Positions 58,047-64,000 of a DNA stretch of 64,000 nt are shown here, one piece after another. The stretch comes from an uncultured Verrucomicrobiota bacterium (lineage in GTDB: Bacteria; Verrucomicrobiota; Kiritimatiellia; RZYC01), in the NCBI GenBank assembly GCA_964542025.1, contig CAZISY010000001.1:8749-72748 (forward strand). The letters are read 5' to 3'. Below the pieces are notes generated by a model, which ran no database searches, was not told the DNA's origin, and saw nothing but the letters and a program-made list of their open reading frames with translations. Numbering within the stretch: the stretch's first letter is position 1; every line of letters starts with the position of its first letter. The position numbers and the translations under genes were made by a program.

Positions 58047-61000
58047 ATGAATAGGTATTTAACGAAAGACGATTTGCTAAAGTGGGCCGGGAAGAAGGTG
58101 TATGAAGAGGGGCAAAACCTCTTTGACGCCGGACGCGTCCGCGAGCTCAACGCGCAGCAGTGGCCGATATTGGAAGGTTCCATCGGCTATGGGGACCGTG
58201 TTTTCAGTACGCGTTTTGAAGTGCTGCCGGATGGGACCGTGGAGAATCAGTGTCCCTGTCGGGATTCACGCGAGCGCGGGATTGTCTGTTGTCACGTCAT
58301 CGCCGTTGCGCTGGCCTGGGTGGATCAGACGTCGGATCCCTGCCGCGAACGGGCTCACCGCATTCAGCAGCGCAAAATGACCCTGGGTGAAAAAATGCCA
58401 GGCGGGTACATTCAGCGACTTGCTGCCGATGCGCCGGGCGCTGTTCCGGCGTCGCTCCGTTTTCGGATCCCTGAAGGATGGCGTGAAGTTTTTTCCAATG
58501 GCGTTTTGCTGACCACGCAGGTGTTGTTTAAAAACAGTAAAAAGAAAATCGATCAAGTAGATACGACGCTTCCATTGGCATTCAGTGAGCAGGACACGCG
58601 GATGCTCTGGGTACTGGAAGATCTGTGCGATGAAAAGCCTGTGCCGGGCGAGTTGATCTTAACGCCGGACGCCTTTTTGGAATTCCTCCACGAAATGGCC
58701 ACGGGGGAATTGCATGTCGAGGGAGACTCCGCCACACTTAAAATTCATTCGGTAGCCGTGCAGCCGCATCTGGTGGTGCGGGCTGATAAACAGACCGGTT
58801 CTTTAATTGTTCAGCAGCACCTGGATTTGCCCGGCGAAGCAAATCCGCCCTGTTTTTTAACAGGTCGCCGTTTGGCCTGGGTGGGGCTTGGCGACGGATT
58901 GCATCCGCTGGATCCTGTTTTGCCCGGCGCGATTCGCGGCCTCTACGAAGGGCCGATGACTCTCGCGCCCGAACGGGTGCCTGAGTTTTTGTTTGAAGTG
59001 CTGCCGGAGTTGGAAAACCGGATTTTGGTGGACTCGGACATTCAGCGGGAGAATTGCGTGCTTGAGCAGGGAACGCCCTCTTTTGAGTTGGAACTGAGCG
59101 GGCGGCTGGACGTGCTTCAGCCGGCATTGTACGTACGGTACGGCGGGGGGCGTGAACGATTTGCGGCCGGTCAGCATGGCGGCAGTTTTCGCCAGGCCAT
59201 TCCTTCGCCGGAGGAGCGTTTCCGTTATCTGCTGCGGAATTACGAGCAGGAGGACGATGGATTGAAAGTCCTGCTTGGACACGGCATCAAAGGGATGCAC
59301 GGCGGTGTTTTGGAACCGTTAACCGGACGACGGGAAGCGCTCAACTTCCTCGCCAACCACGTTCCGGAATTGCGGATGAAGAGTTGGAATGTCCGTTTTG
59401 CCGGAAGTCTGGGCGCGGAAATGGGAGATGTGGAATGGGTCCGTCCGCAGCTCAATATTGCGAAGGTTCGGCGCGCGGGGTGGTATCAGGTGGATTTTCG
59501 GTTTCCCACCAAAAGCGGGAAGTGTCTCGATGAAATGGCGATTGAGGATGCGGTACTGCTGGGCGACCATTTTGTTGAACAGGATGAAAAGCTGTATTTA
59601 CTGGATGGGGTGCTGGTGGAGCGGGTGAATGCCGTATTTGACGATTGCTCGGTTCGCGATGAAGTGCCGTATCGGAGTTTGCAGGTGGGGGATATTCATG
59701 CAGGCTATGTGATGTCCTCCATCGAATCCCTTGCAGGCATTCAAGTGACCACGGATGAACATTGGCAGCGTCAGGTGGAGCGTCAAAACAGGAAAGAGCG
59801 TATGGACCCGCTGGTGCTTGATCCTGCGATGGAGGAGGTGCTTCGATCCTATCAGAAAAGCGGTGTCAGTTGGCTTCGTTATATGGAAAACGGAGGGTTC
59901 AGCGGCATTTTGGCCGATGAAATGGGATTGGGAAAGACGGTTCAGACGCTGGCCTGGCTTCAGCTGCCGCGTGTGGATGAATCGGCCCGCGGTTGTCCGG
60001 CGCTGATCGTGTGCCCGACCAGTCTGGTGGAGAATTGGGAAGCCGAGGCGCGTAAATTCACGCCGTCGCTCAAGGTTCATATTTCCAGCGGGGCGCATCG
60101 GCAGAAAAGCTGGGATCACATGGAAGGGGCTGATCTTGTAATTACCTCCTATGCGCTGCTGCGGCGGGACATTGATTTCTATGCTCGATTGCGTTTTTCA
60201 GTGGCCGTGCTGGATGAAGCGCAGCATATCAAAAATCATTCCACACAAAATGCACGCTCTACAAAACGCATTAAGGCGACTTATCGTCTGGTGCTTACAG
60301 GCACGCCCATTGAAAACAGTGTAACGGATTTGTGGTCTATCCTGGATTTTCTGATGCCCGGCTATCTGGGATCACATCAGCAGTTCAAATATGTATACGA
60401 AATGCCCATTGCCAACCGCACGCCGGATGCCTCGGCGGCACAGGAACGACTGCGCAGGAAGATTCACCCGTTTTTGCTGCGGCGCCTGAAATCCGAAGTG
60501 GCGAAAGATCTTCCGCCTAAAATTGAACGTGTGGCACTGTGTACGATGACGCGGGATCAGCAGGAGGTGTACCAAAAGCTGCTCGCTCATTATCGGACGC
60601 AAATTTACGACCTGGTGCGCGATCAGGGGTTTGAAAAAACGCGGTTTGAAATTTTCAAGACACTTTTGCGGTTACGCCAAACCTGTTGCCACCTGGATTT
60701 GCTGAAGGATCCGAACATCAAGTACAAGGAGCCTTCCGGCAAACTGGATTTGTTTCATGAGTTGCTGGACGAAGCCATTGATGGAGGAAACCGCATTCTG
60801 GTGTTCAGTCAATTTGTCTCCATGCTGCAAATTTTGAAAGCGGAATTGGATAAGCGGGGCATTCGGTACAGTTATCTGGATGGTTCCACTAAAGAGCGTT
60901 TGGCCGTCGTCAATGATTTTAACGGCGATGACGGGATTCCGGTCTTTCTGATCAGTCTGAAAGCCGGCGGAACGGGATTGAATCTGACGGGTGCGGATAC

Positions 61001-61244
61001 GGTCATTCATTTCGATCCCTGGTGGAATCCCGCCGTGGAGGATCAGGCCACCGACCGGGCGCATCGTATCGGTCAGCGCAGAACCGTGTACAGTGTGAAG
61101 CTGATTACAAAAGACAGTATTGAGGAAAAAGTGCTCGAGATGCAGCGCCGGAAAAAAGCGGTGATAGACGCGACGCTGGCGCGTGAAGAGCAGATCCTGG
61201 AAAAACTGACGTGGGATGATGTCCAGGAACTCCTCAAGGTCTGA
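58047..61244 (+). CDS. SNF2-family helicase with an N-terminal SWIM zinc finger
   Basis: SWIM CxC...CxH (CPCRDS...CCHV). SNF2_N motifs (ILADEMGLGKT, DEAQHIKN). Helicase C motifs (QATDRAHRIGQ). Confidence 0.85.
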   Translation: MNRYLTKDDLLKWAGKKVYEEGQNLFDAGRVRELNAQQWPILEGSIGYGDRVFSTRFEVLPDGTVENQCPCRDSRERGIVCCHVIAVALAWVDQTSDPCRERAHRIQQRKMTLGEKMPGGYIQRLAADAPGAVPASLRFRIPEGWREVFSNGVLLTTQVLFKNSKKKIDQVDTTLPLAFSEQDTRMLWVLEDLCDEKPVPGELILTPDAFLEFLHEMATGELHVEGDSATLKIHSVAVQPHLVVRADKQTGSLIVQQHLDLPGEANPPCFLTGRRLAWVGLGDGLHPLDPVLPGAIRGLYEGPMTLAPERVPEFLFEVLPELENRILVDSDIQRENCVLEQGTPSFELELSGRLDVLQPALYVRYGGGRERFAAGQHGGSFRQAIPSPEERFRYLLRNYEQEDDGLKVLLGHGIKGMHGGVLEPLTGRREALNFLANHVPELRMKSWNVRFAGSLGAEMGDVEWVRPQLNIAKVRRAGWYQVDFRFPTKSGKCLDEMAIEDAVLLGDHFVEQDEKLYLLDGVLVERVNAVFDDCSVRDEVPYRSLQVGDIHAGYVMSSIESLAGIQVTTDEHWQRQVERQNRKERMDPLVLDPAMEEVLRSYQKSGVSWLRYMENGGFSGILADEMGLGKTVQTLAWLQLPRVDESARGCPALIVCPTSLVENWEAEARKFTPSLKVHISSGAHRQKSWDHMEGADLVITSYALLRRDIDFYARLRFSVAVLDEAQHIKNHSTQNARSTKRIKATYRLVLTGTPIENSVTDLWSILDFLMPGYLGSHQQFKYVYEMPIANRTPDASAAQERLRRKIHPFLLRRLKSEVAKDLPPKIERVALCTMTRDQQEVYQKLLAHYRTQIYDLVRDQGFEKTRFEIFKTLLRLRQTCCHLDLLKDPNIKYKEPSGKLDLFHELLDEAIDGGNRILVFSQFVSMLQILKAELDKRGIRYSYLDGSTKERLAVVNDFNGDDGIPVFLISLKAGGTGLNLTGADTVIHFDPWWNPAVEDQATDRAHRIGQRRTVYSVKLITKDSIEEKVLEMQRRKKAVIDATLAREEQILEKLTWDDVQELLKV

Positions 61245-61272
61245 GTGCAGTCACTTGATGGGGCGGGTCAGG

Positions 61273-62565
61273 TCAGGTGTTTTTTTTCACCGTGCTTGCC
61301 AAAAAATGTTCGTAGAGGAAATTCCAGTCGGGGCGGGCCTGTTCACGCAGAACACGCCGGAGGGCGGGCGCCAGTACATTCCAGAAATCGGAATGGATGG
61401 GGACGCGGCTGAGTATCTGTTCCGTCGCTTCGGGATTGTTCGTTCGGGCGTACAGCAGAGCCTCGGCCGCACAGGTCAGGTCGTGATCGGGGTCCGATGC
61501 CGTCAGGCGTTTAATAAGTGATCGCGCCTGGGCATAATCGTTGTGTTTCAGACAGCTCATGGAGGCGATCCATCCGGCGCGCCATCCGTTCAGCGTGCGG
61601 TCCGGAATGGACTCCGCCGGAGGTTCTGCGGGTGAAATTCCTGCGCGTACAAGCATTTGCGGAATCAGGCGGTCAAATGAGTAGTCGTTTTGAACACGGC
61701 GCATTCCGGCTTCTGCAATGGCTTGGCGTTCCTCGTCATGCGTGAGGTAGTGGCGTATCAGGTCCGCCAAATGATCGGGATTCTGATAAACAACCAGTTC
61801 TTTGCCGGGATTGAAAAGCGTATGGGCATCTTGCTGATCATCAGTGAGGAGCAGTCCGCCGCAGGCCAGCACGTCAAATACGCGTACGGGAAGCGCCGTG
61901 CGGAGCTGTTCACTGGTAATATTGAGATTGATTTTGGAGGCGCGGTACAGGTGGGGGCAGTCCTCGCGATAGGACGCATATCCTTCATAGTGCAGGTTGG
62001 GATGGGCAACGGCTCGCCACGCCTCGTTGCCAAACAGGTGTACTTCAATATTTCGCTCGGCGAGCGCGAGCAAAAGCGATTCGCGCCGTGGAGAGTGCCC
62101 GCCAATGAAGGAAACATCATGAAGAAATGGGCCATCGTACGATTCTTCCCGGAAAAATGACGATGGGGCTCCGAACGGCTGATAATACACATGGGTAAAT
62201 CCCAATGCCCGCACCGGCTCCATATAGGCGGCGTCCCAGAGAAAAAGATACAGACGGTCTTTAATCAGGCGATCCAGCGGTTGCAGAATTTTGAGGGGAT
62301 TATCATAAAACCAGCTGATGACCGGCGGCGGATGAATGAACGCATTCAGAATGGCCGGAAGTACGCCGCAGTGATCGACGGTGAAAAGGAGATCGGGGCG
62401 GCGCTGTGCCAGCGTGTCCGCCAAAAGGACCATGCGGACAGGCGGTGCCGCTCTGCGCAGATCAAGGCGATCCACTTCGTGCCCGGCCCGGCGCAACGTA
62501 TCCTGCACATCCTGCAGGGTATGCGGCAGAATGCGTCCATCGGCTTTGAATGACAGTATTCTCAT
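61273..62565 (-). CDS. CgeB-family (DUF3880 plus glycosyltransferase-like) protein with a C-terminal TPR-like region
   Basis: Resembles spore-maturation CgeB-like glycosyltransferases (Glyco_trans_1_2 C-terminal part). Confidence 0.6.
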   Translation of the reverse strand: MRILSFKADGRILPHTLQDVQDTLRRAGHEVDRLDLRRAAPPVRMVLLADTLAQRRPDLLFTVDHCGVLPAILNAFIHPPPVISWFYDNPLKILQPLDRLIKDRLYLFLWDAAYMEPVRALGFTHVYYQPFGAPSSFFREESYDGPFLHDVSFIGGHSPRRESLLLALAERNIEVHLFGNEAWRAVAHPNLHYEGYASYREDCPHLYRASKINLNITSEQLRTALPVRVFDVLACGGLLLTDDQQDAHTLFNPGKELVVYQNPDHLADLIRHYLTHDEERQAIAEAGMRRVQNDYSFDRLIPQMLVRAGISPAEPPAESIPDRTLNGWRAGWIASMSCLKHNDYAQARSLIKRLTASDPDHDLTCAAEALLYARTNNPEATEQILSRVPIHSDFWNVLAPALRRVLREQARPDWNFLYEHFLASTVKKNT

Positions 62566-62735
62566 GGCAGAACGTATGCGGCTTTATCCACCATATGGAT
62601 TCATCGGGCAAGTGCAATTCTTCCGACCCGAACGTTTGCGAACAGGCGGTGTAATCAATCTCATGGAGAATGGTTTGACAGGAGGCAGCTTGTTGACTAT
62701 TCATCCAAACATTCGCGTGTTGAGCCGGAGCGTGT

Positions 62736-63479
62736 TTGGATTTGAATGTGGAGAACGCAGTGCCGCATAAAACGTATACCATTGAGGAAATTGCAGGCTA
62801 TCTGCATCTGTCTGTACCGGATGTTGAGCGGTTGGTGCATGAACGGGATATTCCGTTTTCCTGGCAGGGGAAACGGTTGGTTTTTCGTCGGCGCGAAATC
62901 GATGGTTGGGCCAATCAGCGGATAATGCGCATGAGCACGGATAGTCTCCGCAACTTTCATAAAAAAACGACCAGTCACGTCCACGATTTATCCTTCAATC
63001 ATGCCATTATCACCGAATTGCTGAAGCCTGTCTGTATTGATCCGGCGATGAGCGCAAAAACCAAACCATCGCTGATTCATTCCATGGTGGCGTTGGCGGA
63101 GAAAAGCGAGTTTCTCAATTTATCGAATGAGTTAAAGGACAGCATTATCGCCCGAGAGCGGCTGGGATCGACGGCGATGTCCGGCGGATTTGCATTGCTG
63201 CATGCGGAGTATCATGATTCGTTCATGTTCGAGGATTCCTTTATCGCTTTGGGGCGCTGCGTTCATCCGATTGCCTTTTCCTCGCCGGACGGGCAGCTGA
63301 CCGATGTGTTTTTTCTTCTGTGTTGTCAGGATGAGCGGATACATCTGCATGTGCTTGCGCGTATGTGCATGCTTTGTCAGCAAACCAGTCTGTTGCTGGA
63401 GCTGCGTGACTGCACAACGGCGGAAGAGATGCGCCGCGTGGTGGCCGAAAAAGAAGCGGAACTCATTCGCATTGCCTGA
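62736..63479 (+). CDS. PtsN-like PTS EIIA type-2 domain protein with an N-terminal helix-turn-helix DNA-binding domain
   Basis: N-terminal YTIEEIAGYLHLSVPDVERLV (MerR/excisionase-like HTH). C-terminal EIIA-2 with GFALLHAE His motif. Start is TTG at 62736 or GTG at 62748. Confidence 0.6.
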   Translation: MDLNVENAVPHKTYTIEEIAGYLHLSVPDVERLVHERDIPFSWQGKRLVFRRREIDGWANQRIMRMSTDSLRNFHKKTTSHVHDLSFNHAIITELLKPVCIDPAMSAKTKPSLIHSMVALAEKSEFLNLSNELKDSIIARERLGSTAMSGGFALLHAEYHDSFMFEDSFIALGRCVHPIAFSSPDGQLTDVFFLLCCQDERIHLHVLARMCMLCQQTSLLLELRDCTTAEEMRRVVAEKEAELIRIA

Positions 63480-63524
63480 TCCGGCGGGCGGCACTGCGTC
63501 AATAAATTCTACCTGCGCCGGTAT

Positions 63525-64000
63525 TTATTCATAGACCGATTTAACGGCGTCCATGAATTCGTAGCCGGTATGATCCAGGGCAATGGGGGTAATGGAAACG
63601 AACCCATCTTCAACAGCCTGCAGATCCGTGTTCTCCGCGTAGTCCCGGCGATCTTCCAGTACTTCAATATCGCCATCCAGCCAGTAATAGTTGCGGCCGC
63701 GGGGATCCTGACGCCGGTGAAAGCGTTCGTTGAACCGGGATCGGCCCGTACGTGTGACTTTGAATCCCCTGATTTGTTCAAAAGGCAGATTGGGGATGTT
63801 TACGTTGATTAGGCAGTCCGGGGGTGGCGGCGTGCGCAGAAAACGCTCAATGACCAGGCGCGCGCAGCGTTCAGCCGTGTCCCATCGGGGTTCCGTAAAG
63901 GTCGATAAGGAAATGGCCATGCCGGGAATGCCCAGAATGGCCGCTTCCGTGGCCGCCGAAACAGTCCCTGAGTAAATGACGCTGATTCCCGTGTTCGGCC
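63525..64000 (-). CDS. surE: 5'/3'-nucleotidase SurE (3' part; continues beyond the window end)
   Basis: The SurE C-terminal half (...RGRNYYW...) is in the listed ORF. The frame stays open upstream through VIYSGTVSAATEAAILGIPG to the window edge. Confidence 0.8.
   Translation of the reverse strand, partial: PNTGISVIYSGTVSAATEAAILGIPGMAISLSTFTEPRWDTAERCARLVIERFLRTPPPPDCLINVNIPNLPFEQIRGFKVTRTGRSRFNERFHRRQDPRGRNYYWLDGDIEVLEDRRDYAENTDLQAVEDGFVSITPIALDHTGYEFMDAVKSVYE

Noticed and set aside
1-64000. CRISPR arrays, IS elements, integrases, rRNA
   Set aside because: No direct-repeat/spacer architecture was seen, no transposase or integrase-like ORFs, and no rRNA-like conserved stretches. The only periodic repeats are the 31-bp palindrome arrays, which lack unique spacers of constant length typical of CRISPR.

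Overview
This is a high-GC (~60%) bacterial chromosomal segment with no obvious mobile elements, CRISPR arrays or rRNA. PEP-CTERM proteins, an rseC-rnfCDGEAB operon and a corrinoid methyltransferase set suggest an anaerobic organism, possibly from the PVC group; that placement is an inference only. Gene content in order: a partial transketolase-family C-terminal gene, a PHP phosphoesterase, lexA with a Cheo-type operator, and a cluster of three PEP-CTERM surface proteins (two tandem non-catalytic FGE/SUMF1-like paralogs). Next come an 1.1-kb convergent noncoding gap that carries phased palindromes, an NAD-dependent epimerase, a 874-aa secreted repeat protein and the complete rseC-rnfCDGEAB operon. 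The most interesting block follows: a divergent MtaD-family deaminase beside a corrinoid protein, a non-pyrrolysine MtmB-family methyltransferase, a BMP-type (nucleoside-like) ABC importer, a small unknown protein and a RACo-type reductive activator. After that: glycerol dehydrogenase, a polar amino-acid ABC transporter, a Na/Pi cotransporter, prolyl iminopeptidase, thiC with a textbook TPP riboswitch, glgX, a DUF697 protein, a TPR-LysM lipoprotein, lolCE-lolD, a STAS protein, a tri-domain LMW-PTP/RpiB/SHMT fusion, two PtsN-like EIIA proteins with unusual N-terminal fusions, a UbiA prenyltransferase, DedA, class-II proS, EfpL, pepF, tRNA-His, efp-epmA, a SWIM-SNF2 helicase, a CgeB-like glycosyltransferase and partial surE. 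The strongest non-genic signal is a family of 15-bp perfect palindromes (TTCCAAY-N-RTTGGAA) repeated at exact 31-bp phasing at three places. Long antisense ORFs in the track are GC-driven artefacts.
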